DNA of 64,000 nucleotides from the NCBI GenBank assembly GCA_013335095.1, contig JAAXWF010000001.1, positions 445,984 through 509,983 of the forward strand, in the 5' to 3' direction. The position numbers and the translations under genes were made by a program. This document shows, one piece after another, positions 7,734-17,810 of the stretch (positions are counted from its first letter, which is position 1; the number at the start of each line of letters is the position of its first letter). Below the pieces are notes generated by a model, which saw nothing but the letters and a program-made list of their open reading frames with translations, had not been told where the DNA came from and made no database searches. This DNA is from a candidate division WWE3 bacterium. Its GTDB lineage: Bacteria > Patescibacteriota > 4484-211 > GCA-002791395.

Positions 7734-8807
7734 ATGGCGTTTGGGGTTGAACATACTGCAAATCTTTTATACCTGCACTCATTCGAGGGACTGGGGAATC
7801 GTTCATTACTTAAATTGTTTGAACAAAATACCTGTTCGAATACTATTGTTGAAGCCTCGGAGCGGATAATCCTACATAAACCACAGATAAATAAACGATT
7901 AACCCTCAAAGAATCACATCAGTTGGCTAAGAAGTGTCACGATACAAATATTACCGTCATGAGTATCAATGATGAAGAGTATCCTACAATGTTAAAACGG
8001 CTTTATGATCCACCGGCAATACTCTATGCACGGGGAGATTTAAACGTATTAACTTTTCCTAAAGTCGGGGTGGTTGGGACCAGAAAATACAGCAACTATG
8101 GTCAAAAAGTTACGCGAAAGTTGTCAACTGAATTGACCATAAGGGGGGATGCAATTGTATCAGGTCTTGCATTGGGAATTGATGCCATTGCCCATCAATC
8201 GTGTTTAGATAGTGGGGGAAAGACCATTGCCGTTCTTGGGAGTGGTGTCGATGTTCCTTCACCAATTCAAAATTCACCTCTGTATAACGAAATTATTCAT
8301 AGTGGTGGACTCATCTTAAGTGAACAATTTCCTGGTTCGCTTCCTACGTCATACTCGTTTCCTAAACGAAATAGAATAATTGCTGGAATATCGGATGTCT
8401 TATTAGTAATCGAGGCGGGTGCGACGTCTGGTGCTCTTATAACCGCAAAGGAAGCCCTCGAACTGGGTATTGAAGTTTGCGCCGTACCGGGAGAAATAGA
8501 TAGCTACGCTTCTTTAGGAACGAACCGATTAATTCAAAATGGTGCCCACTTAGTTTTAGAGAGCGATGATATTGCTTCACTAATAAATACAAATAATCAT
8601 TCAAACAAAGAAAATTCGTATAACATAATTATTGAAGATGAATTCGAAGCGAAAATATTCTCTCTTCTTACCCAAGGGTTCCTTTCTATTGATGAAATTG
8701 TCGCGCATTCAGGTGCTCAGATTGGCGAAGTCCTTCGCTCCTTGTCTATGCTTGAAATCCGTGGATTTATTCAGCGTAATGGAGATTACTTTAGCGTGAA
8801 TATCTAG
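7734..8807 (+). CDS. dprA: DNA processing protein DprA (Smf)
   Basis: Rossmann-like DprA core (GLALGIDAIAHQ, GSGVDVPSP, IAGISDVLLVIEAGATSGALITA) and C-terminal winged-helix domain. Confidence 0.85.
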   Translation: MAFGVEHTANLLYLHSFEGLGNRSLLKLFEQNTCSNTIVEASERIILHKPQINKRLTLKESHQLAKKCHDTNITVMSINDEEYPTMLKRLYDPPAILYARGDLNVLTFPKVGVVGTRKYSNYGQKVTRKLSTELTIRGDAIVSGLALGIDAIAHQSCLDSGGKTIAVLGSGVDVPSPIQNSPLYNEIIHSGGLILSEQFPGSLPTSYSFPKRNRIIAGISDVLLVIEAGATSGALITAKEALELGIEVCAVPGEIDSYASLGTNRLIQNGAHLVLESDDIASLINTNNHSNKENSYNIIIEDEFEAKIFSLLTQGFLSIDEIVAHSGAQIGEVLRSLSMLEIRGFIQRNGDYFSVNI

Positions 8808-9895
8808 AAGAATCGTACGATATCGTAATAGCTTATAACGACCATCAAACCTAAAAGAATAAGTAAGCCAATACCATGAATCCAAGGTTCATATTTTGGT
8901 AACACCTTACGACCTACAATACCTTCGGCAATAATAAACGCTAACCGACCACCATCTAAAGCTGGGAAGGGGAGTAGGTTTAGTAATGCTAAGTTAAACG
9001 AGATTAGGGCTGAAAATTGGAGTAATTGGAAGAATCCTGTTTTAGCAACCTCGCCAGTTAATTTTGCAATACCGATAGGACCTGCAACATCTTGTGGTAC
9101 CACCCCTTGGAATAATTTAGCGAACATATCCCCAAGCCCCTGGAACATCTGCCACATTAAAGATATTGAAGTCATTATCGCTTTATCAGGAATTCGATAC
9201 CAAGCAACTGATTTGTATTCAACACGGGGTGCTTCGGCTAATTGTATCCCTAATGGACCTTGTCCCTCAGGTGGATCTTGGCGCGGAGTGATTGATACAA
9301 CTTTAACGTTCGTGAAGTCTTCAATGCCAGGTTCTACGATCTGAAGTTGAACGGAGCGACCTTTATTTGTATTTATAAACGTTAGGAAATCATCTGAACT
9401 ATTAATTACAACAAATTCATCATTTTCAGTCGCTCGGTAACCCGTAATGTAGCTTTCGGGTTTTAGTTGGCTTTCTGCCGCAGGCGTATTTTCTGATACC
9501 CCGGTAATTTGAATCATCTGGTGAACGATTGGTTCTCCGAGTCCGGCGAATGCTGCTGCGATTAAAAGAACACCCAACAGGTAGTTCATCACCACACCGG
9601 CTATAATGATTAACATCCGTTGTACAATCGGTTTATTCCCAAACGCGCGATTTGAATCAGCTGCGTCTCCGGAGACCGTTTGATCTTCACCGTATAATCG
9701 AACGTATCCGCCAATGGGAAGTAGATTTATTGCGTATTCGGTTTCACCATCGTTCCAAACTTTGAGAATTCGAGGACCCATACCAAGGGCAAATTCTTCA
9801 ACTTTTACACCGGACCATTTAGCCACAATAAAATGACCAAACTCATGGATGAGAATTAAGCTAGAAATAACTAGGAGGAATATCAGGACAGTCAT
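8804..9895 (-). CDS. rseP: RIP metalloprotease RseP (site-2 protease, M50 family with PDZ)
   Basis: HEFGHF zinc motif, LDGG motif, internal PDZ-like region and four TM segments. Confidence 0.9.
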   Translation of the reverse strand: MTVLIFLLVISSLILIHEFGHFIVAKWSGVKVEEFALGMGPRILKVWNDGETEYAINLLPIGGYVRLYGEDQTVSGDAADSNRAFGNKPIVQRMLIIIAGVVMNYLLGVLLIAAAFAGLGEPIVHQMIQITGVSENTPAAESQLKPESYITGYRATENDEFVVINSSDDFLTFINTNKGRSVQLQIVEPGIEDFTNVKVVSITPRQDPPEGQGPLGIQLAEAPRVEYKSVAWYRIPDKAIMTSISLMWQMFQGLGDMFAKLFQGVVPQDVAGPIGIAKLTGEVAKTGFFQLLQFSALISFNLALLNLLPFPALDGGRLAFIIAEGIVGRKVLPKYEPWIHGIGLLILLGLMVVISYYDIVRFF

Positions 9896-9899
9896 GAAC

Positions 9900-10457
9900 T
9901 TAGATTTCTTGTAATGCTTTTATCTTTGATTCGCGGATTTCATCAATCTGTTCGTTAATGGAATCGACTTCGGTCTGAACTTGTTTTTTGCAACGATCTC
10001 TCTCATCTTCGGATATCTTTCCGACGTCCGCCATTTCTTCGAACGCTTTCATCTTATCTTGTCGAATATTTCGGACTGCGATACGGGCTTCTTCAGCTTT
10101 TGTGTTTACTCTTTTGATTAATTCTTGTCTGCGCTCCTGAGAAAGGGCCGGGACATTTATCCGAAGGCTGTTGCCATCCACATTAGGTGTTAAGCCTGAT
10201 TCCGATTGTAGAATTGCATTTTGAATATTAGGAATAATCGTATGATCCCAAGGTTGAATGAGAATTGTATTAGGTTCTGGAACTGATATTGCAGCCATCT
10301 CTTTAAGGGGATAATTACCATCGTATGCTTGAACCATTACGTCCTCGACCAGAGCTGGTGATGTATGTGATGACCTAAGCGTTGCTAACTCAGATTTTAA
10401 AAAATCTACTGAGGATTTAAATTTCTTATCGGCGTCTTGTAATATTTCGTGAGTCAT
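9900..10457 (-). CDS. frr: ribosome recycling factor
   Basis: 185 aa, typical Frr length, with conserved RRQ..K / VRNIRQD region. Confidence 0.9.
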   Translation of the reverse strand: MTHEILQDADKKFKSSVDFLKSELATLRSSHTSPALVEDVMVQAYDGNYPLKEMAAISVPEPNTILIQPWDHTIIPNIQNAILQSESGLTPNVDGNSLRINVPALSQERRQELIKRVNTKAEEARIAVRNIRQDKMKAFEEMADVGKISEDERDRCKKQVQTEVDSINEQIDEIRESKIKALQEI

Positions 10458-10501
10458 ATCCTATATCTTACCTCATGCATCTTTATATGCACAGTAGGAT
10501 T

Positions 10502-10966
10502 TTATTCTTCACCTAATTGATAACGGGTAAACCGGCGAAGTGTCATGTTTTCACCTGTTTTTGAGATTAATTCGCTGATTAAATCTTTGATCGTTTTCTT
10601 TGAGTCTCGAATATATTCTTGCGAGAGGAGTTGATCAACATTTTCTGGATTCATTGAAACAATCTGCAAACAAATCTCGTGAGCTAATTTTTTGAATTCA
10701 TCAGTCTTTGCCACGAAACTTGTTTCACAATTAAGTTCAATCATGGCTCCCATCTGACCTTCACCATGTACATACGCATAAATTGTTCCGCTTTGCGTTG
10801 TTCGGTCAGCTTTTTTCGCGGCTCGGGCGATACCTTTTGCTTTTAATTCTTCTAATGCTTTTTGGTAATTACCACCAGCTGCTTCAAGCGCTTGCTTGGC
10901 ATCCATCACGCCAGCTCCAGTTTCTTCACGAAGTTGTTTGATCTGATCCATTAATGTATTTGCCAT
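10502..10966 (-). CDS. tsf: translation elongation factor Ts (short form)
   Basis: N-terminal UBA-like LREETGAGVMDAKQAL motif. Lies adjacent to rpsB, the classic rpsB-tsf arrangement. Confidence 0.85.
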   Translation of the reverse strand: MANTLMDQIKQLREETGAGVMDAKQALEAAGGNYQKALEELKAKGIARAAKKADRTTQSGTIYAYVHGEGQMGAMIELNCETSFVAKTDEFKKLAHEICLQIVSMNPENVDQLLSQEYIRDSKKTIKDLISELISKTGENMTLRRFTRYQLGEE

Positions 10967-10968
10967 AA

Positions 10969-11691
10969 TTAATCTTTTTTAGCTGTCTTTTTTGCTGCCG
11001 TGTCTCTAGTTGATTTAATCACATTTGCGATTGCAGTCAAGATCAACTCAATACTTTTTAGCGCATCATCGTTTGCGGGAATAGGGTAGTCAACTAGATG
11101 TGGGTCGGTATTTGTGTCGACGATACCAACGAGAGTCGCTTTGGCCTTACGGCTTTCAGATACTGCCGTGCTTTCTTTTTTGGGGTCGACTATTACTAAT
11201 AGGGTAGGTGGCGTGGTTAGTCCTTTCAATCCTTCGACAACTTTACCGAGCCGTTCGCGCTCTTTGATCATTAAAAATTTATCTTTTGTACTAAATACTT
11301 TTAATGCTTCGGGATTTTCGGTTACTTTGACTAATTCTTCATAGCGTAGGATTGCGCGATGGATGTTATCGAAATTGGTCATAAGACCACCAGGCCAACG
11401 ATTAACAATGTAGTTAATTCCGGACTCTTCTGCAATTCGTTTTACTACAGGAGCTGCCTGTTTTTTTGTACCAATGAATAGGACTTGTTCACCCTTTTTA
11501 ACTCGATCTTCAATTAGTTCAACTGCGGCTTCGAGTCGCTTGTATGTTTCTTCTAAATTGATTATATGGATACCTTCACGAGCGTCAAAAATAAACTTTT
11601 TCATTCGTGGATGCCAGCGTCGAGTTTGATGCCCAAAATGAACGCCAGCTTCAAGCATCTCTTCGAGTGACGGAATAGTATTTGTTGCCAT
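10969..11691 (-). CDS. rpsB: 30S ribosomal protein S2
   Basis: 240 aa with the HFGHQTRRWHP...MKKFIF S2 signature. Confidence 0.95.
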   Translation of the reverse strand: MATNTIPSLEEMLEAGVHFGHQTRRWHPRMKKFIFDAREGIHIINLEETYKRLEAAVELIEDRVKKGEQVLFIGTKKQAAPVVKRIAEESGINYIVNRWPGGLMTNFDNIHRAILRYEELVKVTENPEALKVFSTKDKFLMIKERERLGKVVEGLKGLTTPPTLLVIVDPKKESTAVSESRKAKATLVGIVDTNTDPHLVDYPIPANDDALKSIELILTAIANVIKSTRDTAAKKTAKKD

Positions 11692-11787
11692 GTCGGTGCG
11701 ATTATAGCATGTCTGCCAGTAAACGAAAAGGGTAATTAGTCAGATTACAGTATAATATATCTCATAGAGTAATTATAGGAGGTCGGT

Positions 11788-12093
11788 ATGCATCCAGGAG
11801 GCTCGGTTCTCGAGACCATGGCACTGGTGTTCCTCTGTTTCATGATGGATACCTGGCTTGATACTGGCGGTGATCTGGTGATTCTCGATGCGCTTGCTGA
11901 GCGTACAGTGAAGACTCACCTGATCGGCATCGGCTTTTTCAGCGTGTACCTCACCCTGATTGAAGCAATCGTCGGGGTTCACGTTGTGCCAAGGACGTTC
12001 ATCATCAACGCGATCGGTTCTTCGATTGCGTGGGGGGGCGTCGTGTTGTGGGTCTGGACCTTCATGAGATCGCGATACTCCCTGTTCAAATGA
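11788..12093 (+). CDS. small hydrophobic protein encoded in a high-GC island
   Basis: GGAGG RBS 6 nt upstream. 101 aa with multiple hydrophobic segments, ~58% GC. Inserted between rpsB and the topA 3' end. Confidence 0.45.
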   Translation: MHPGGSVLETMALVFLCFMMDTWLDTGGDLVILDALAERTVKTHLIGIGFFSVYLTLIEAIVGVHVVPRTFIINAIGSSIAWGGVVLWVWTFMRSRYSLFK

Positions 12094-12125
12094 GGGGTCG
12101 TCTCATGGAGTGGTTTATAAATATG

Positions 12126-12157
12126 AAGCGCGGTGCCAAGTCATCGCGCTTTTTTTT
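12126..12157 (+). terminator. Rho-independent terminator (overlaps topA stop on the opposite strand)
   Basis: aagcgcg-gtgccaagtcat-cgcgctt followed by ttttttt. Confidence 0.65.
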
Positions 12158-14393
12158 ATTCGGCTGAAGATGAGGCTTTTTTCGTTACTTTGCGTTTTGT
12201 TGTCGACTTTTTCTTTCTTGTTGTTGTTTTCTTTTTGGCTGGAGATTTTGTTTTTGACGTCTTTTTTGTTTTCTTATCTTCTTTTTCGGCTTGTTTATTT
12301 TTCAGCGATTCTGCAGCTTTGATTTTACTTTCTTCGATTTCTTCCGGCTTCATTGACCGAGGATCATTCCATACTGCCCACATACAATTAGGATAATTAC
12401 TGCATCCAAAGAACTTCTTGCCGCGTTGAGTTTGACGGACAATCACATCTCCGGTCTGACAATAAGGACAGTTCATTCCAATTTTTTCAACAAAAGGTCG
12501 GGCATATTTACAATCGGGGAAATTTGAACACGAATAAAACTTACCATACCGACCAATTTTAAGATTTAAATGGTTGCCGCAATCAGGACATTTTTCTTCC
12601 AATTCTTCAATAACTTTGTAATCATCACGTTCGAGGGATTTATCTTTTTCTGAAAGTCTGGCTTGGAACGGTGTGTAGAATGCATCAATTGTTTGTACCC
12701 ATTCTCGATGACCAGATGCAATCTCGTCGAATTGATTTTCCATATCCGCGGTAAACTCTAGTCCAACAATCTCGGGGAAGTGATCGACTAACAAATTCGT
12801 TACGGCGATTCCAATATCTGTTGGAACAAATGCATTGTTTTCTTTGTTTGTGTAGTCGCGTTTTTGTAATGTGTCAATAATTGGGGCATATGTACTAGGA
12901 CGTCCAATGCCATGAGCCTCCAAATCTCGAACCAGTGAGGCGTCGTTGTAGCGTGGTGGGGGAGTCGTTTCGTGATCGGTCTTGGTAAATTCTCGGACGC
13001 TAACTAAATCATTAATTGCTAATGTCGGAATTATCGTATCTTCGCTTTTTCGACCACTTATGCGTAAGAATCCATCAAAGATAATCACTGAACCAGTCGA
13101 GGTGAACACATACTTAGGTGTTTCTATATGATGTGGCGCTAACGTCAGCGTGTCATTGCGATATTTTGCATTGGAGGCTTGGGATGCCACTGCTCTTCGC
13201 CAGATTAAACTGTAGAGTTTTGCTTCGGATGCGCCAAGTTCATCTTCGATCTTTGATTTAACTTTGTCGGGATGTTCCACTTGAGTGGGACGAATTGCTT
13301 CGTGGGCTTCTTGGGCTGATTTCTGTTTTGTTTTGTAAACTCGAGTTTCTTCGGTTAGGTAGGTAGGTCCGTAATGTTTGTTGATATAGTCTCGGGCTTG
13401 ATCAATAAATGTTGTAGACAGATTTGTTGAGTCGGTTCGATGGTATGTTATGTATCCACCTTCATACAACTTTTGTGCCGCCGACATGGTATTTCGTGCT
13501 GACAAGTGAAGATGGGTTAAGCCCGCTCGTTGTAGCGATGCTGTGGTGAATGGGGAGTCTGGTTTTTTTGCAACCTCTCGTCCTGATACATCAATTACGC
13601 GAAGTTGTGTTTCGGATCGGAGATTGCTCAGTATTTCATTAAGCTTTTCTGCGGTGTTAATTATTGTTTCTGAGTAGGTATATTTTCCAGCAAATAGGGT
13701 GAGTGTGTGCTTCTGTTCAATTTGTTTAGAGTCAATCGCCGACAATTCGGCTTGAAAATTTTCATCACTACTTGTTACGTGTGATTGAACCCGAAAATAG
13801 GGCGAGGTTTTAAACGCTTTTCTTTCTTTTTCGCGTTCCACAATTAATCTCATCGCTACCGATTGAACTCGGCCAGCTGATAATCCGAATTGAATCTTTT
13901 TCCACAGAAGAGGGGATAGCTTATATCCAACAAGGCGATCGAGCACTCGACGAGCTTGATAGGCATCGATTAATGAATAGTCGAACCCACGCGGCTTTTT
14001 AAAGGCGTTAATGATGGCGTCTTTGGTGATTTCAGAGAATACTACTCGTTTAAATCGATCGTTGTCGTTCACTTGGCCTTCTTCATTCAATCCGTCCAGT
14101 GCTGAAACAATATGCCATGCAATAGCTTCTCCTTCTCGATCCAAATCAGTTGCTAGATAGACCGTATTAACGGTTTTGGCCGATTTTTTCAAATCTTTTA
14201 CCACTTGGGTTTTTCCATGGATTATTGAATAGTCCGGTTGATACTGATGTTCTGTGTCTATTCCAAGCGTACTTTTCGGCAGATCTATGATGTGTCCTTT
14301 TGAGCTTACTACTTCATAATCTTTACCTAAGTACTTCGCAATTGATTTAGTTTTTGCTGGCGATTCGACGATTACTAGATTTTTCATGGACAT
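12156..14393 (-). CDS. topA: DNA topoisomerase I
   Basis: Toprim and Topo IA core (active-site region ITYHRTDS), C4 zinc ribbons (CPDCG, CPYCQ) and a Lys-rich C-terminal tail. Confidence 0.95.
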   Translation of the reverse strand: MSMKNLVIVESPAKTKSIAKYLGKDYEVVSSKGHIIDLPKSTLGIDTEHQYQPDYSIIHGKTQVVKDLKKSAKTVNTVYLATDLDREGEAIAWHIVSALDGLNEEGQVNDNDRFKRVVFSEITKDAIINAFKKPRGFDYSLIDAYQARRVLDRLVGYKLSPLLWKKIQFGLSAGRVQSVAMRLIVEREKERKAFKTSPYFRVQSHVTSSDENFQAELSAIDSKQIEQKHTLTLFAGKYTYSETIINTAEKLNEILSNLRSETQLRVIDVSGREVAKKPDSPFTTASLQRAGLTHLHLSARNTMSAAQKLYEGGYITYHRTDSTNLSTTFIDQARDYINKHYGPTYLTEETRVYKTKQKSAQEAHEAIRPTQVEHPDKVKSKIEDELGASEAKLYSLIWRRAVASQASNAKYRNDTLTLAPHHIETPKYVFTSTGSVIIFDGFLRISGRKSEDTIIPTLAINDLVSVREFTKTDHETTPPPRYNDASLVRDLEAHGIGRPSTYAPIIDTLQKRDYTNKENNAFVPTDIGIAVTNLLVDHFPEIVGLEFTADMENQFDEIASGHREWVQTIDAFYTPFQARLSEKDKSLERDDYKVIEELEEKCPDCGNHLNLKIGRYGKFYSCSNFPDCKYARPFVEKIGMNCPYCQTGDVIVRQTQRGKKFFGCSNYPNCMWAVWNDPRSMKPEEIEESKIKAAESLKNKQAEKEDKKTKKTSKTKSPAKKKTTTRKKKSTTKRKVTKKASSSAE

Positions 14394-14505
14394 GCTTTAC
14401 AGTCTCTCTTATTCTAATCAAGATGTCAAAGTAGTCATTTGGTGAATACATCGGGTTTTATTATTGTGCCTTTCGATGTATTAATGGAGCCTATAAAACT
14501 CCGGC

Positions 14506-14534
14506 TTGATGCTTTTTTGTTGTCACGATATAAT
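14506..14534 (+). promoter_or_regulatory. sigma70-like promoter (TTGATG-17-TATAAT) upstream of rpsU
   Basis: -35 at 14506-14511, -10 at 14529-14534. Confidence 0.45.
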
Positions 14535-14656
14535 ATTAAGGTATAAATTGTATGCTTAATGTTGGTTTAAGCTTCTGCGGCGACAAATTAGTAGCCATAG
14601 ACTGAGATTTTGTAGCAAACAAGATTAATGATGATTTACCTAGGAGGTGTATTAAT

Positions 14657-14992
14657 GTGCCCAAGAAAAAAACAGATACGCAAGCAACCACTGATACTAT
14701 TGTTAATGAACGAAAACCCGAAGCTGTAACTCCGGCTCGTACTTTTGGAGATTCTGTATCCGAATTGGTCGATGATGACAAAAATCAAAATACAAAAAGA
14801 CCAGTACACGTGCGTGTATCAGTTCGTCAGGGTGAAAGTATAGAGCAGATGTTACGTCGATTTAACTTCGCCGTAACTAAATCAGATGTTATTCAAAAAA
14901 TGAAGGATGCTCAGTTTTTTGAAAAGCCGAGTAAGCGTAGACAAAGAGAAGAGAAGATGCGATTACAACAGATTCGCAAATATGATAACTAA
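14657..14992 (+). CDS. rpsU: 30S ribosomal protein S21 with ~45-aa N-terminal extension
   Basis: The C-terminal half (RRFNFAVTKSDVIQKMKDAQFFEKPSKRRQREEKMRLQQIRK) matches S21. Uses a GTG start at 14657 with GGAGG 9 nt upstream. The ATG at 14655 is out of frame. Confidence 0.7.
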   Translation: MPKKKTDTQATTDTIVNERKPEAVTPARTFGDSVSELVDDDKNQNTKRPVHVRVSVRQGESIEQMLRRFNFAVTKSDVIQKMKDAQFFEKPSKRRQREEKMRLQQIRKYDN

Positions 14993-15323
14993 TAAACACA
15001 CGGTCGTGAGTTTTCAGTTAAATCGCGACGATGACATGAAAACCTTGAACAAACAGGTGTTTGATCATGATTTCACGACCGATGTGATTTCTTTTCCAAT
15101 GGCAACCCCTTTACCCAACAATCAAGACTATTTAGGCGAAATTGTCGTTAATCAAGATCAGGTAAAACGAAATGCAGAAGAATTTGGCGTTAGTTATGCC
15201 CAGGAACTGGCTCGAGTCGTAGCTCATGGCGTACTTCATTTACTAGGATATGAAGACGATACCCCCGAAAAAAAAGCTAAAATGACCGCCATTGAAGATG
15301 CGGTAGTTAGAGAGGTAAAATAG
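14982..15323 (+). CDS. ybeY: rRNA maturation endoribonuclease YbeY
   Basis: TDVISFP motif and HGVLHLLGYED (H-x3-H-x5-H zinc site). Start uncertain: either 14982 or the longer ORF from 14907 that overlaps rpsU. Confidence 0.75.
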   Translation: MITNKHTVVSFQLNRDDDMKTLNKQVFDHDFTTDVISFPMATPLPNNQDYLGEIVVNQDQVKRNAEEFGVSYAQELARVVAHGVLHLLGYEDDTPEKKAKMTAIEDAVVREVK

Positions 15324-15329
15324 GATTTC

Positions 15330-15710
15330 ATGGTATCGTATTTAATTCGCCGTATTAAATCGTTTGGGTATGCATTAGAAGGGATTGCATACACGATAAA
15401 ATATCATCCGAGTATATTAATTCAACTTTTTGCCACATTTGTTGTGGTTGTGCTTGGTTTAACTCTAGATATAAAAACCCAAGAATGGGTAGCATTGTTA
15501 CTCACTATTTTTATGGTCCTTACCACTGAGCTTATAAATACTGCGATTGAAGTAACACTCGATCATATGACTAAGGATCATCATCTGCGGGTGAAATACG
15601 CTAAAGATGTTGCTGCTGGAGCTGTTCTTATTATGTCGATCGGTTCAGTCATTATTGGTTGGCTAATCTTTTTGCCGTATCTTAGTAATCTTCTCTTTAT
15701 TTATAGTTGA
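15330..15710 (+). CDS. diacylglycerol kinase family protein (DgkA/undecaprenol kinase-like)
   Basis: 126 aa with three TM segments and the DgkA signature E..NTAIE....D and AKD.AAGAVL. Confidence 0.75.
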   Translation: MVSYLIRRIKSFGYALEGIAYTIKYHPSILIQLFATFVVVVLGLTLDIKTQEWVALLLTIFMVLTTELINTAIEVTLDHMTKDHHLRVKYAKDVAAGAVLIMSIGSVIIGWLIFLPYLSNLLFIYS

Positions 15711-15824
15711 ACTAATTTAATCCCATAGCTTTTATTTTCGGGGTGTGATATATCTATGCTGATCTTCGTCATCTGGCGTTTGGAGGATTGAAGCTCTGTA
15801 TGAGCGCAAAAGGAGGTCTGTCTT

Positions 15825-16187
15825 ATGGACGATCGACAAGGAGTCGTGCTTTCGACTGTTCTCGGTCAACTTCGGGCATATCGGCCGTTTCCAACGGAAT
15901 TTCCCGATCGGTGGCACGTCGAGGTCGAAGGACAGCTCAAGATTGAGCTGGCGCCAGGCTGGTATCCGCATGTTTTCTATCATCACATCGAAGATCATTC
16001 GGATAACCCCGCCTACGGCATTCAGATTGCTTCGGCGATCATCGCAATGGTGCTCCTTTCACTAAAGGTTCTCCATCCGGGTCTGCCAGAAAGCCTTTTC
16101 AAAGCCATCGAGTACTATGCGACGGAGCTTCAGGCGTCGCTGGCTAACACCGTTCGTACAATCACTCCGGATGTGATTGTCGAATAG
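15825..16187 (+). CDS. hypothetical protein, high-GC island gene A
   Basis: AAAGGAGG RBS, ~58% GC. Predicted hydrophobic helix AIIAMVLLSL. Confidence 0.45.
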   Translation: MDDRQGVVLSTVLGQLRAYRPFPTEFPDRWHVEVEGQLKIELAPGWYPHVFYHHIEDHSDNPAYGIQIASAIIAMVLLSLKVLHPGLPESLFKAIEYYATELQASLANTVRTITPDVIVE

Positions 16188-16396
16188 AACGATCAATTAC
16201 GGTCCGGACTTTCTTTCCATTATGGGGAGAATGTCCGGTTTTTCAAAATTGCCAGAAGTGGTAACTTATAGTATTATTAACCCGCAGTTGTAAGGGGTGA
16301 TAAGTGAATTAATATAAAGTTCATTTTTCGGCCCTTATAAGGCTGCCAGCTTTCAGCTGGCTTGTGGAGTGCATAGCACACGAAGGGAGACCCGCG

Positions 16397-16774
16397 ATGC
16401 GTGTCGTACATGCGAGCCTCTTTCCGGTGGCGAATGCCCTGCTCGATTCCGGTCGAGTCGATGCGGTCCTGGTACCGCAAGGGATGGACGATGGACCACA
16501 GTCGGTGTTTGCCGTCTGTGGGGATTCATTGACTTTCCGCATTTTCTCTCAGCTCGGTTTAGATGCTGTGACCTTTCCGGTTGAGCTCGGAGAATATCCG
16601 GTGCTGAACATTCGGGGTACGGTCGAACTGGTCGGACGCGTTCTGCACGAGGCCGATCTTGCTGCTATTTCATGGATTCCCTCCGGGGATGATATGCTCG
16701 TCGCAGTGATGGGGCCAGAGATCGAGGGGCTAGATCTCGCTGATGTCGAGCTCTGCGTCGAGGAGGTCATATAA
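16397..16774 (+). CDS. hypothetical protein, high-GC island gene B
   Basis: AGGGAG RBS 7 nt before ATG 16397. The ORF track's GTG start at 16364 is less likely. ~58% GC. Confidence 0.4.
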   Translation: MRVVHASLFPVANALLDSGRVDAVLVPQGMDDGPQSVFAVCGDSLTFRIFSQLGLDAVTFPVELGEYPVLNIRGTVELVGRVLHEADLAAISWIPSGDDMLVAVMGPEIEGLDLADVELCVEEVI

Positions 16775-16978
16775 GTAAAAAGGCGCTTAAGCGCTAAGGT
16801 GTAAAACATAACGGCCGGGCTATTCTCGTATGAGAATGGCCCGGATTTTCATATTGATCAAGGAAAGCTTATTCCAGAAAATAATTTTCCCTTGCCCAAT
16901 AGGGAAGTCGGGAGATCTTTCCCGGCGGCTCCGAGTAATCGGGGTTTGGAATATCCGTCTATAGGAGGGCATTTGCTC

Positions 16979-17734
16979 ATGAATGGACATTGGCAAGGAC
17001 CGTCCCTGACGGTGGCGATTGTCGGAGACCTCGTCGCCCGTAGTGATTCAACCAGCCTTTTGGGTGTTGGTGCCGATGTCGTAATCGTCGAGTATTGTGA
17101 CGATGCTCGGCCGTGGTGCCATCTGTACTGTCGTGACGTGGACGTGAGTGCACGCATCATGTCGGTGGATGGCAAGGCCAGCATGGTTCTCAAACAGCCC
17201 GAAGGATCAGTGCGAGTGCTCCTAATCGAGGAGTCCTGCGCTACGGTAGTCAATCGACTTCGACGGGCGGGGGCGATTAATTCGCAACCGGCACAGTCGT
17301 TGGTTCACGAAGACGCACCGGTGATCTTGGTGGTCGGGGTTGCGTCGCTGATCGGGCTTATCCAGCAGGATGCCCTTCCCGCGGATCGGTTTATCGATCT
17401 TATACGCCGGGAAAAGCTGCTGATGATCGTCGAGGAGCCGATCGATTCGGTGATCAACTCAATCGGCGTCATTCGCCCTGATTTGACCGAACTGATGAGG
17501 CTCTTGGTTTCTCTTGGGATGGTGATCGACATCGCCCTCTCACTTCCCAGTGACTGGATGAGGCCTCTTAATGGGTGGCTTAATCTTCATGGACTGACAC
17601 CGCCTCGGGCAACCGAGCGTGTACGTTTTGAAGAGATCGCCAGCCTGGTTCATGAGGCTAATCCAAATCGAATGATCGTGTTTGCCGCTGCCGGCATGAC
17701 GGTCACTCGGTATCAGATGTCTCTCATCGACTAA
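16979..17734 (+). CDS. hypothetical protein, high-GC island gene C
   Basis: TAGGAGGG RBS before ATG 16979. 251 aa, ~60% GC. The 5' UTR contains two GC hairpins (ttccct..agggaa and cggga..tcccg). Confidence 0.45.
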   Translation: MNGHWQGPSLTVAIVGDLVARSDSTSLLGVGADVVIVEYCDDARPWCHLYCRDVDVSARIMSVDGKASMVLKQPEGSVRVLLIEESCATVVNRLRRAGAINSQPAQSLVHEDAPVILVVGVASLIGLIQQDALPADRFIDLIRREKLLMIVEEPIDSVINSIGVIRPDLTELMRLLVSLGMVIDIALSLPSDWMRPLNGWLNLHGLTPPRATERVRFEEIASLVHEANPNRMIVFAAAGMTVTRYQMSLID

Positions 17735-17810
17735 GGGGTAGCAACAGAGGAATACGAGGCGGGCCGGTGCGATATCGGTCCGCCTTCATGTATCAGAAGG
17801 AGTCCATTCT

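Noticed and set aside
12110..12396. Two small plus-strand ORFs (70 and 87 aa)
   Set aside because: They lie antisense to the Lys-rich C-terminal tail of topA and have repetitive low-complexity translations.
16364..16396. GTG start at 16364 for the island gene B
   Set aside because: It would place the start inside an upstream hairpin without an SD. ATG 16397 has an AGGGAG SD 7 nt upstream.
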